A DNA stretch of 64,000 bases from a virus. Location: positions 1 through 64,000 of the IMG/VR virus record IMGVR_UViG_3300042564_004221, one strand, 5' to 3'. Of this stretch, positions 19,300 to 29,800 are shown piece after piece. Within the stretch, counting starts at the first letter, position 1, and every line of letters starts with the position of its first letter. A program made the position numbers and the translations under genes. The notes under the pieces are model-generated. The model was not told where the DNA came from. It ran no database searches and worked only from the letters and a program-made list of their open reading frames with translations.

Positions 19300-19940
19300 C
19301 GCTTATATATCTCATATTTTGATAAATCAGGATATGGTAATTCCAAGTCCTCATTGTGTTTTTTGGTTCCATCTAAATTGTAGAATTGAGCCATCATTAA
19401 TAATCCTCTTGCAGATAACTCTGGCATCATATAAAAGTTCCAACCCAACATATCAAAATTATCATCGTGATAAGAACATTCCCTTCTTCCACTAAATCTG
19501 GCTCTTTTAAACCATAACATTGCTTGATAATCATCGGTTATGATTGCACCTCCTTTACTTAACTTTAATGTCTTATACGGACCTGTAAATGAAAGACACA
19601 TATGTGATTTTGGAATATACATATTGGCTGTAAATCTTAAAGCCGAGTCCCAAACATTACTTGGTGATAGTTGATATGCTCCTTTAATCTTATCACCTTC
19701 AACAGGTGTAAAATTAACCTTTAGTCCCGCATGAATAATCTCACAAGGTACAGATGGATATGTCTTGGATGGACAATCAATCTTTTTGTTTGTTAAACTC
19801 TTCTTTATATTTTTTTCGTAATACAACGCTAAAAATAGTGCATTACTCATATTATCTAATGCAACTGCATAGGGTGCTCCTGTATAATCACAAAGAGACT
19901 TTTCAAAATCTTCCGTTATTTTATGAACGCCTTGAGCCAT
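19296..19940 (-). CDS. DegT/DnrJ/EryC1/StrS-family PLP-dependent sugar aminotransferase (short form)
   Basis: FEKSLCDYTGAPYAVA...ALFLAL, WDSA, LSF...KTL...GGAIITDD and GWNFYM; only 214 aa. Confidence 0.78.
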   Translation of the reverse strand: MAQGVHKITEDFEKSLCDYTGAPYAVALDNMSNALFLALYYEKNIKKSLTNKKIDCPSKTYPSVPCEIIHAGLKVNFTPVEGDKIKGAYQLSPSNVWDSALRFTANMYIPKSHMCLSFTGPYKTLKLSKGGAIITDDYQAMLWFKRARFSGRRECSYHDDNFDMLGWNFYMMPELSARGLLMMAQFYNLDGTKKHNEDLELPYPDLSKYEIYKR

Positions 19941-19941
19941 A

Positions 19942-20631
19942 TTAATTTCTATTATCTATATAAACTATAATCTGTTCGTAGTAGTTAATAAAGTGTTCAT
20001 TCCATAAATCCCATTTAATATCAACACCATCCACAGAGAAAACCTCAATATTTGGGAACAATCTTAGGTATGTATCCCTGAAAATTCTAAACTTTTGTTT
20101 TTCTTCTTCACCACTTAAATGCCATTCACCAACAATTTTTCTAACATTTTCCTTAATCCAAAAAATATTCTTGTTGTTGAAAACACTATATTCACCGCCC
20201 TCACAATCGGTCTTAATAAAATCTATTTTAGTTATATTAAACTCCTCTCTAATATTATCAAAGGTTGTGGTTTGAGCCATTTTCATTCCATCCTCCACAC
20301 CGAATAAGTTAAGTTCAAAATAACCTTCAACATCACTAATACCTTTATTTATGATTCTAACAGGACCATCTTTAACATTTTTGGTTAATGTTTCAATTTC
20401 TTGATGGCTAGGTTCTATACAATAAACTTGTTTTGGATTTTTATTTAGAATAGAATAGGTAAATGGTCCAACACTTGAACCGAAATCAAATACAATATCA
20501 CCTTCTTCTACTTCGAAGAATCTTTCATAAGCTTTTTGAATGAAAATCTCTTCTATTATTTGACTTTTATGGTATTTCGAGGACTCTGAATCCCCTTCCA
20601 TCCAACCCCAATCAAAATTATCTAAATTCAT
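19942..20631 (-). CDS. FkbM-family SAM-dependent methyltransferase
   Basis: DIVFDFGSSVGPF, YCIEP, IDFIKTDCEGGEY and GEWH. ATG at 20631; the ORF track uses TTG at 20649. Confidence 0.82.
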   Translation of the reverse strand: MNLDNFDWGWMEGDSESSKYHKSQIIEEIFIQKAYERFFEVEEGDIVFDFGSSVGPFTYSILNKNPKQVYCIEPSHQEIETLTKNVKDGPVRIINKGISDVEGYFELNLFGVEDGMKMAQTTTFDNIREEFNITKIDFIKTDCEGGEYSVFNNKNIFWIKENVRKIVGEWHLSGEEEKQKFRIFRDTYLRLFPNIEVFSVDGVDIKWDLWNEHFINYYEQIIVYIDNRN

Positions 20632-20681
20632 ATCTTGAATAATAGACAAATTTTCTTATTTTTCAACTAAAACAAACATCT

Positions 20682-22964
20682 ATGTTAAAAATATTTGGAC
20701 ACGGGTCTTACATCGGAGATACAGGTTATAACCATCACACAAGGGATTTTTTCAGACATTTATCAAGTCACGCTCAAATTAAATTTAGAAATTTCACTGT
20801 CGGAAGCAGTTGGAATGGAATGAGTAGTGAACCTCACAATAAAGAGTATTATTTTAACAGCACTGACAGACAAATATTATACGAACAAGTCCTTTGGAAT
20901 AACGATGGAGGTAGGGATAATCATAAAATATATTCAAACTATTCTAAAGAATTTGTTCCCGATGTTAATATTGTTTTATGTGAAACAAACCATCACTTAT
21001 TTTATGATGAATATAATGGTCCAAAAATTGCATATAATGTTTGGGAATCAACCCTACAACCTCCACACTATTTTAACAAACTAAAAGAGTTTGACGAGAT
21101 GTGGGTTCCATCCAAATGGCAAAGGGATATGACAATTGCTCAAGGTTATGACCCAAATAAGATTAAGGTTGTTCCCGAAGGTGTTGATGTTAAAACTTTT
21201 TTCCCTGAAGAAACATCCCACGAATTAACCTCAGATGGAAGATTTAAATTCTTCTTGGCAGGTAGATGGGATTATAGAAAATCAATTAAAGAAATTATTG
21301 AAACATTCTTGAAAACTTTTGATAAAGATGAACCTGTTGACTTAATTGTTTCAATTGATAATCCGTTTTCGAATGACGGGTTAAACACAACAGAAGAAAG
21401 ATTGGAACACTATGGATTTACCGACGATAGAATCAAAATATTACATTTCCCACCAAGAGAAGATTACGTTAAGATATTAAAATCTTGTGATGCGTTTGTA
21501 TCTTGTGCAAGAGCTGAAGGTTGGAATTTACCTTTAATCGAAGCAATGGCATGTGGTACACCTTCCATTTATTCAAATTGTTCGGGTCAATTAGAGTTTG
21601 CCGAAGGTAAGGGTATTCCAGTTAAAATATCACACGAATTACCTGTTAGTGCCAGTTCATACAATCACTTCAATGATAATGTTGGAAACTATTACGAACC
21701 TGATTATAACGATTTGGGAAAACAAATGTGGGATGTGGTAACTAACTATCAATCGCACAAACAAAGAGCGTTAGAAGAGTCCGAAATCATTAGAAAAGAG
21801 TTTAGTTGGGAGCATATTGCCGAGATTGGAATTGAAACCCTAAATGATTTTATGGAAAGAAAACCTTGGCTAAACAAACCAAAGAAAGAAAATAGAGTTA
21901 TCGTCAGTTATTTGGACGGACCTAGAGTTGAGGTGTTGGGGGATGAAAATAAAGATTATCATATTGAATTTATCAATGGTGATACTGATGAAGTAATCCA
22001 CTCCCAAACCATATCAAACAATATGTGGGTTGCGGCAGGTAAGAAATACTACATACCTTGGATTATAAAAATCAATGGACATATCTATGATGTCTTTGAC
22101 TTAACAAATAAAACTGTCCTAATTTCATTAGAATCAAAATCTTTAGGTGATACAATTGCTTGGGTTCCATACGCAGTTGAACTCCAAAAGAAATACAATT
22201 GTAAGGTAATAGTTTCTACATTTATGAATGAACTATTCAAAGGATTGGAAGAATATAAAGATATTGAATTTATAAAACCTGGTCAATCTTGTGATTGTTA
22301 TGTAATTTATAGGATTGGTTGGTTTAGAAAGGACAACACTTGGACTGATTTTGACAGACAACCAAATCAACCTAACTTAATTCCCCTCCAACAAACCGCA
22401 ACCGATATTCTTGGACTTGAATTTAAAGAACTAAATTATGGGCTTAATTTTGTTAAAAAAGAACGTCCAATTAAGAAGGATTATGTTGTATTTGGACCTA
22501 GTGCAACTTCAGGTTGTAAAGAATGGGTTTACGCCAATTGGGTTTCCTTATCAAAGATGATTAAAGAACTTGGTTATGAAGTGGTTATATTAACAAAAGT
22601 TCCTTATAATATTGAGGGAGTGATTAATGTTTGGGGAGAACCTTTAGAGGTTGTTGCCAATTATTTAAAACACTCGGAAGCATTTATTGGTTTAGGTTCG
22701 GGTTTATCTTGGTTTAATTGGGCGTTGGGTAAACACACATTCATGATTAACGGATTTGCCGAACCAGGACACGAATTTACATCAAACTTAACAAGGATAT
22801 ACAACGACAATACTTGTATTTTTTGTTGGAATGATGAGGTATTTGTTTTTGATAGTGGTGATTGGGATTGGTGTCCTGTGTATAAAGGAACCAAAAAACA
22901 ACATATATGTCAAAAGTCTATTACACCATTACAAGTATTTAACCATCTTTTAACCAAAATATAA
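20682..22964 (+). CDS. GT4 glycosyltransferase fused to an Aah/TibC-family (autotransporter heptosyltransferase-like) protein glycosyltransferase
   Basis: N-half has WVPSKW, GRWDYRK and EGWNLPLIEAMACGTP. C-half has KKYYIPW, SLGDTIAW, FIGLGSGLSW and the four-Cys CIFCWND...WCP...C.KSITP motif. Confidence 0.85.
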   Translation: MLKIFGHGSYIGDTGYNHHTRDFFRHLSSHAQIKFRNFTVGSSWNGMSSEPHNKEYYFNSTDRQILYEQVLWNNDGGRDNHKIYSNYSKEFVPDVNIVLCETNHHLFYDEYNGPKIAYNVWESTLQPPHYFNKLKEFDEMWVPSKWQRDMTIAQGYDPNKIKVVPEGVDVKTFFPEETSHELTSDGRFKFFLAGRWDYRKSIKEIIETFLKTFDKDEPVDLIVSIDNPFSNDGLNTTEERLEHYGFTDDRIKILHFPPREDYVKILKSCDAFVSCARAEGWNLPLIEAMACGTPSIYSNCSGQLEFAEGKGIPVKISHELPVSASSYNHFNDNVGNYYEPDYNDLGKQMWDVVTNYQSHKQRALEESEIIRKEFSWEHIAEIGIETLNDFMERKPWLNKPKKENRVIVSYLDGPRVEVLGDENKDYHIEFINGDTDEVIHSQTISNNMWVAAGKKYYIPWIIKINGHIYDVFDLTNKTVLISLESKSLGDTIAWVPYAVELQKKYNCKVIVSTFMNELFKGLEEYKDIEFIKPGQSCDCYVIYRIGWFRKDNTWTDFDRQPNQPNLIPLQQTATDILGLEFKELNYGLNFVKKERPIKKDYVVFGPSATSGCKEWVYANWVSLSKMIKELGYEVVILTKVPYNIEGVINVWGEPLEVVANYLKHSEAFIGLGSGLSWFNWALGKHTFMINGFAEPGHEFTSNLTRIYNDNTCIFCWNDEVFVFDSGDWDWCPVYKGTKKQHICQKSITPLQVFNHLLTKI

Positions 22965-23842
22965 TGAACACAATTTTAATAATACTTAACTCAACTTCAT
23001 TGGGAGATACAATTGGCGTAATGCCGTGTATTGAAAAATTTATATCAAATACGACCGATAATGTCTTGGTTAAAACAAACCCAAGATACAATTCATTATT
23101 CACAAAATCTTATCCTATGGTTAAGTTCTTTGAGGAGGGAATGTTTTTTGACAAACAAATCTCATTAGATTATAACTTTAATCTACCCCTTCAAACAGGA
23201 TTTGCAAATCAACTTGGATTTATGGATTGGGAATATGTTCAACCTAAAGTTGATGTACCTGATAGTGAAAGACCAATAAAGGGGAAATATGTTACCATTA
23301 GTATCCACTCAACCTCTCAATTAAAATATTGGAATCACCCGTTAGGAATTAAAACTCAACCCTTATCACCAAATTGGAATGACCTTTGCGGGTTGTTAAG
23401 AAAAAATGGTTTAACTCCTGTTATTGTTGAAAGGGATGAAATGTTTGGTATTCCTCCATATCGAAATGGTATGCCAAACAAAGCAAATAAAAAAATAGAT
23501 TTATCTATTGATGAAACAATAAGATACATTCAACACTCCGAATTCTTTATTGGATTATCTTCAGGAATATCTTGGTTGGCACATGCAATGGATAAAAAAG
23601 TTGCAATGATTTCTAATTTCTCGGAAGATTGGCATGAGTTTGATTTGTCTTCTGAAAATTATAAAAGAATTACCAACAAATCAGTATGTAATGGATGTTG
23701 GAATAGAATAAATAAAGATTTTTCTTTTGATGCTGGTGATTGGTATTGGTGCCCAAAACATAGAGATACTGAACGCCAATTTGAATGCCATACATCAATA
23801 ACACCTGAAATGGTGTTTGATAACATTAAAGATTGGATTTAA
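22964..23842 (+). CDS. Second Aah/TibC-family (GT9-like) protein glycosyltransferase
   Basis: SLGDTIG, STSQLKYWN, FFIGLSSGISWLAHA and VCNGCWN...WCPKHRDTERQFECHTSITP. Confidence 0.85.
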   Translation: MNTILIILNSTSLGDTIGVMPCIEKFISNTTDNVLVKTNPRYNSLFTKSYPMVKFFEEGMFFDKQISLDYNFNLPLQTGFANQLGFMDWEYVQPKVDVPDSERPIKGKYVTISIHSTSQLKYWNHPLGIKTQPLSPNWNDLCGLLRKNGLTPVIVERDEMFGIPPYRNGMPNKANKKIDLSIDETIRYIQHSEFFIGLSSGISWLAHAMDKKVAMISNFSEDWHEFDLSSENYKRITNKSVCNGCWNRINKDFSFDAGDWYWCPKHRDTERQFECHTSITPEMVFDNIKDWI

Positions 23843-26800
23843 CTATTGAATAACCCTTAATTGATAAGAAAAATCAAGTTTTGATGAATTAGTATCATCT
23901 GAAACAACAACAAGAGCAACCGCTGCTTGGTATTGACACGAACTTGAGATTGAATATTGTTTTTCAAAATCAAAACAAACCATACCAGTTGCACTTATTG
24001 AAACACTATGCCCTGACTCAGAATCTCCAAAAAGTTGAATATAATCAACATCTGTACCTTGGCCGCCATTAGTAAATAAGTCACAATCGGCAATTAAAAT
24101 ATTGGCATATAGTTCGGCACTTGTATCGGTAAGATACCCATAAAAATAAGCGTTTCCACAAAGTCTAAATGTCAAGCTGGTTGTCCCATCTGCTATTACA
24201 ATTGGCGCAAAATTATGTAAGTGGTCTTTTGGCGCTGGCGTTGGAGCAACTAGTTCATCCCAAACACCACCATTCCAACCTTCGTTTGCGTTTCCATAAT
24301 AATAATCAGTAATCACTGGATTGGCAGAATCAGGAGTCACCATACTAGATATAGTTCCAGATGTTACCTGAACAACTGCGGTTACTTCTGCTGCTCCTGA
24401 TGTTCCTGAACTACCACTTGAACCAGCCGCTCCTGATGCTCCTGAAGAACCACTTGAACCTGAACTTCCGCTAGCACCTGACGAACCACTTGAACCAGCT
24501 GCTCCTGATGCTCCTGAAGAACCCGAACTACCATTAGTTCCTGAACTTCCACTTGAACCTGAACGTCCACTTGAACCCGAACTTCCTGAAGAACCACTTG
24601 AACCAGATGCTCCTGAACTTCCACTTGAACCCGAACTACCTGAAGAACCGCTTGAACCAGATGTTCCTGAAGAACCCGAAGAACCGCTAGTACCACTTGA
24701 ACCTGAGCTACCACTTGTTCCACTTGAACCCGAACTTCCGTTGGCTCCTGATGTTCCCGAAGAACCGCTTGAGCCAGATGTTCCACTTGAACCCGATGTT
24801 CCTGAACTTCCGCTAGTTCCCGAAGAACCTGAACGCCCACTTGAACCTGAGCTACCTGAAGAACCGCTAGTTCCACTTGAACCCGAAGAACCATTAGCTC
24901 CGCTCGTTCCCGAAGAACCAGAACTACCACTTGTTCCAGAACTACCTGAACTACCATTGGCACCGCTAGTTCCACTTGAACCTGAACTTCCGCTAGTCCC
25001 TGATGAACCAGATGTTCCGCTTGTTCCCGAAGAACCGCTTGAACCTGATGTTCCTGATGAACCAGAACTTCCATTTGCTCCACTCGTCCCTGAGCTACCT
25101 GAAGAACCAGATGTTCCTGACGAACCACTTGTTCCTGAAGAACCTGAACGTCCACTTGAACCAGACGAACCTGAGCTACCTGAAGAACCGCTTGAACCTG
25201 ATGTTCCTGATGAACCTGAACTACCATTAGCACCACTTGTTCCACTTGAGCCTGAAGAACCGCTAGTACCCGATGAACCTGAAGAACCGTTAATACCACT
25301 TGTTCCTGAACTGCCCGAAGAACCACTTGTTCCACTTGAGCCCGATGTCCCTGAACTTCCACTAGTCCCTGATGAACCCGAACGTCCACTTGAACCTGAT
25401 GAACCACTTGAACCAGATGTTCCTGATGAGCCAGAAGAACCACTTGTTCCGCTTGAACCTGAACTACCGTTAGCACCACTTGTTCCGCTTGAACCTGAAG
25501 AACCACTTGTTCCACTTGAACCCGAAGAACCATTGGCACCGCTTGTTCCCGAACTACCTGAAGAACCAGATGTTCCACTTGAACCTGAAGTTCCTGAGCT
25601 TCCGCTAGTACCTGAAGAACCTGAACGTCCGCTTGAACCAGATGAACCACTTGAACCTGAAGTTCCACTTGAACCCGAAGAACCACTTGAGCCAGAACTT
25701 CCACTTGTTCCCGAACTACCTGAAGAACCAGAAGTTCCTGATGAACCTGAAGAACCATTAGCACCGCTTGTTCCTGAACTACCCGAACTTCCACTTGTAC
25801 CCGATGAACCTGAGCTACCACTTGTACCTGAAGAACCGCTAGTTCCACTTGTTCCCGAACTACCTGAACTACCCGAAGAGCCACTTGTTCCCGAACTACC
25901 CGAACTACCATTAGCACCACTTGTTCCACTTGAACCTGAACTTCCGCTAGTCCCTGAAGAACCTGAACTTCCGCTTGTTCCTGAACTACCCGAAGAACCA
26001 CTAGTACCTGATGAACCTGAAGTTCCTGAACTTCCGCTAGTTCCTGATGAACCTGAACGTCCACTTGAACCACTTGAACCTGAGCTTCCGCTAACACCCG
26101 ATGAGCCGCTTGAGCCAGAACTTCCACTTGTTCCCGAACTACCTGAAGAACCACTTGAACCCGAACTACCACTTGTTCCTGAACTTCCAGAACTACCATT
26201 AGCACCACTTGTTCCTGATGAACCTGAACTACCACTTGTTCCACTTGAGCCCGAACTTCCATTGGCACCCGACGTTCCACTTGAACCCGAAGAACCGCTT
26301 GTTCCGCTTGAACCAGAAGTTCCTGAACTACCACTAGTTCCAGAAGAACCTGAACGTCCACTTGAGCCTGATGAGCCCGAACTACCTGAAGAACCTGAAG
26401 TTCCACTTGAGCCCGAAGAACCACTTGAACCCGATGTTCCTGACGAACCACTTGTTCCGCTTGAACCTGAACTACCATTGGCACCTGAAGTCCCTGAACT
26501 ACCACTCGAACCACTTGTTCCTGATGAACCTGAGCTACCATTGGCTCCACTTGTTCCCGAAGAACCTGAAGAACCGCTAGTACCCGATGAACCTGAAGAA
26601 CCGTTAATACCACTCGTTCCTGAACTGCCCGAAGAACCACTTGTTCCACTTGAGCCCGATGTCCCTGAACTTCCACTAGTCCCTGATGAACCCGAACGTC
26701 CACTTGAGCCTGATGAGCCCGAACTACCTGATGTTCCACTTGAGCCAGATGAACCTGAAGTTCCTGATGAACCTGAACTACCATTGACTCCACTTGTTCC

Positions 26801-29800
26801 TGATGAACCACTTGAACCAGATGTTCCCGAAGAACCTGAACTTCCACTTGTTCCTGATGAACCTGAACTTCCATTGACACCTGACGTTCCACTTGAACCT
26901 GAACTACCGCTAGTACCTGATGAACCTGAAGAACCACTTGTTCCACTTGAACCCGAAGAACCATTGGCACCGCTTGTTCCCGAACTACCTGAAGAACCAG
27001 ATGTTCCACTTGAACCTGAAGTTCCTGAGCTTCCGCTAGTACCTGAAGAACCTGAACGTCCACTAGAGCCCGAAGAACCGCTTGTTCCGCTTGAACCTGA
27101 GGTTCCACTTGTACCTGATGAACCCGAACTTCCACTTGTTCCACTTGAGCCACTTGTTCCACTTGAGCCTGATGAACCAGATGTTCCTGAGCTTCCGCTA
27201 GTTCCTGAAGAACCACTTGAACCTGATGTTCCACTTGAACCTGAACTACCATTGGCACCGCTTGTTCCTGAAGAACCACTTGACCCAGATGTTCCACTTG
27301 AACCCGAACTACCACTTGTTCCAGAACTACCCGAACTACCATTAACACCTGATGTTCCCGAAGAACCTGATGAACCGCTAGTTCCACTTGAACCTGAAGT
27401 TCCTGAGCTTCCGCTAGTTCCTGAAGAACCTGAACGTCCACTTGAACCTGAGCTACCTGAACTTCCACTAGAGCCCGAAGAACCACTTGTTCCACTTGAA
27501 CCTGAACTTCCATTGGTTCCGCTTGTTCCTGAAGAGCCCGAACTACCACTTGTTCCAGAAGAACCTGAACGTCCACTTGAGCCTGATGAACCTGAACTAC
27601 CTGAAGAACCAGATGTTCCCGAACTACCTGAGCTTCCACTTGAACCTGAGGTTCCTGATGAACCACTTGTACCTGAAGAACCTGAGCTACCATTAGCACC
27701 TGAAATTCCACTTGAACCGCTTGAACCAGATGTTCCCGAAGAACCTGAACTTCCACTAGTACCTGATGAACCAGAAGAACCACTTGTTCCACTTGAGCCC
27801 GAACTTCCACTAGTACCTGAAGAACCACTTGTTCCACTTGAGCCTGAAGTTCCTGAGCTTCCGCTAGTACCTGAAGAACCTGAACGTCCGCTTGAACCAG
27901 ATGAACCACTTGAACCCGAACTTCCACTTGTACCCGATGAACCTGAGCTACCACTTGTACCTGAAGAACCGCTAGTTCCACTTGTTCCCGAACTACCTGA
28001 ACTACCATTAGCACCTGAGGTTCCAGATGAACCACTTGAACCAGATGTTCCCGAAGAACCTGATGAACCGCTAGTTCCACTTGAACCTGAACTACCATTG
28101 GCACCTGACGTTCCACTTGAGCCTGAAGAACCGCTTGTTCCACTTGAGCCTGAAGTTCCTGAGCTTCCGCTAGTTCCTGAAGAACCTGAACGTCCACTTG
28201 AGCCTGATGAACCTGAACTACCTGAAGAACCAGATGTTCCTGACGAACCACTTGTTCCCGAACTACCCGAAGAACCACTTGTTCCTGAAGTTCCACTTGA
28301 ACCGCTTGAACCAGAAGTTCCTGAGCTTCCGCTAGTTCCTGAAGAACCTGAACGTCCACTTGAACCTGAGCTACCTGAACTTCCACTAGAGCCCGAAGAA
28401 CCGCTTGTTCCGCTTGAACCTGAGGTTCCACTTGTTCCACTTGAGCCTGATGTTCCACTTGAACCTGAACTACCATTGGCGCCGCTTGTTCCTGAAGAAC
28501 CACTTGACCCAGATGTTCCTGAAGAGCCCGAACTACCATTAGCTCCTGATGTTCCACTTGAGCCCGAAGAACCGCTTGTTCCACTTGAGCCTGAAGTTCC
28601 TGAGCTTCCGCTAGTTCCTGAAGAACCTGAACGTCCACTTGAACCTGAGCTACCTGAAGAACCGCTAGTACCACTCGAACCTGAACTACCACTTGTTCCT
28701 GAGCTACCTGAACTTCCATTGGCTCCGCTTGTTCCACTTGAGCCAGATGAACCTGAAGTTCCTGATGAACCTGAGCTACCATTGGCTCCACTTGTTCCCG
28801 AAGAACCTGAAGTTCCACTTGAACCCGAACTACCATTAGCTCCGCTTGTTCCTGATGAACCACTTGACCCTGATGTTCCACTAGTACCTGATGAACCCGA
28901 ACTTCCACTTGTTCCACTTGAGCCCGATGTCCCTGAACTTCCACTTGTTCCTGAAGAACCTGAACGTCCGCTTGAGCCTGAACTACCTGAAGAACCACTT
29001 GTTCCTGAACTACCTGAAGAACCATTGGCCCCGCTCGTTCCACTTGAGCCTGAACTTCCACTAGTTCCTGAACTACCCGAAGAACCACTTGACCCAGATG
29101 AACCTGAAGTTCCTGACGAACCTGAACTACCATTTACACCTGATGTTCCAGATGAACCACTTGAGCCCGAAGTTCCTGATGAGCCTGAACTACCATTAGC
29201 ACCACTTGTTCCGCTTGAACCAGATGAACCTGAAGTTCCTGAGCCACCCGAAGAACCACTTGTTCCTGAAGAACCTGAAGAACCATTGGCTCCTGAAGTC
29301 CCTGAACTACCTGAAGAACCAGATGTTCCACTTGAGCCTGAAGTTCCTGAGCTTCCGCTAGTACCTGATGAACCTGAACGTCCACTTGAACCTGATGAAC
29401 CACTTGAACCAGATGTTCCTGATGAGCCAGAAGAACCACTTGTTCCGCTTGAACCTGAACTACCGTTAGCACCACTTGTTCCGCTTGAACCTGAACTTCC
29501 ACTAGTACCTGAAGAACCACTTGTTCCTGATGAACCAGAACTTCCACTTGAACCTGCAGTCCCACTTGAGCCCGAAGAACCACTTGTTCCGCTTGAACCC
29601 GATGTTCCTGAACTTCCACTAGTTCCAGAAGAACCTGAACGTCCACTCGAACCAGAACTACCTGAACTTCCACTTGAACCCGAACTACCCGAACCTGATG
29701 TTCCTGAAGAACCACTTGAGCCAGATGTTCCTGAAGAACCACTTGAGCCTGAACTACCTGAACTTCCACTTGAACCGCTAGTTCCTGAAGAACCATCTCC

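Noticed and set aside
12489-23842. Island as a DNA hypermodification pathway
   Set aside because: No base-hydroxymethylase, TET/JBP or nucleotide-kinase genes are in the window, and the enzyme families and neighbours point to protein or surface glycans. Not fully excluded, because the rest of the genome is unseen.
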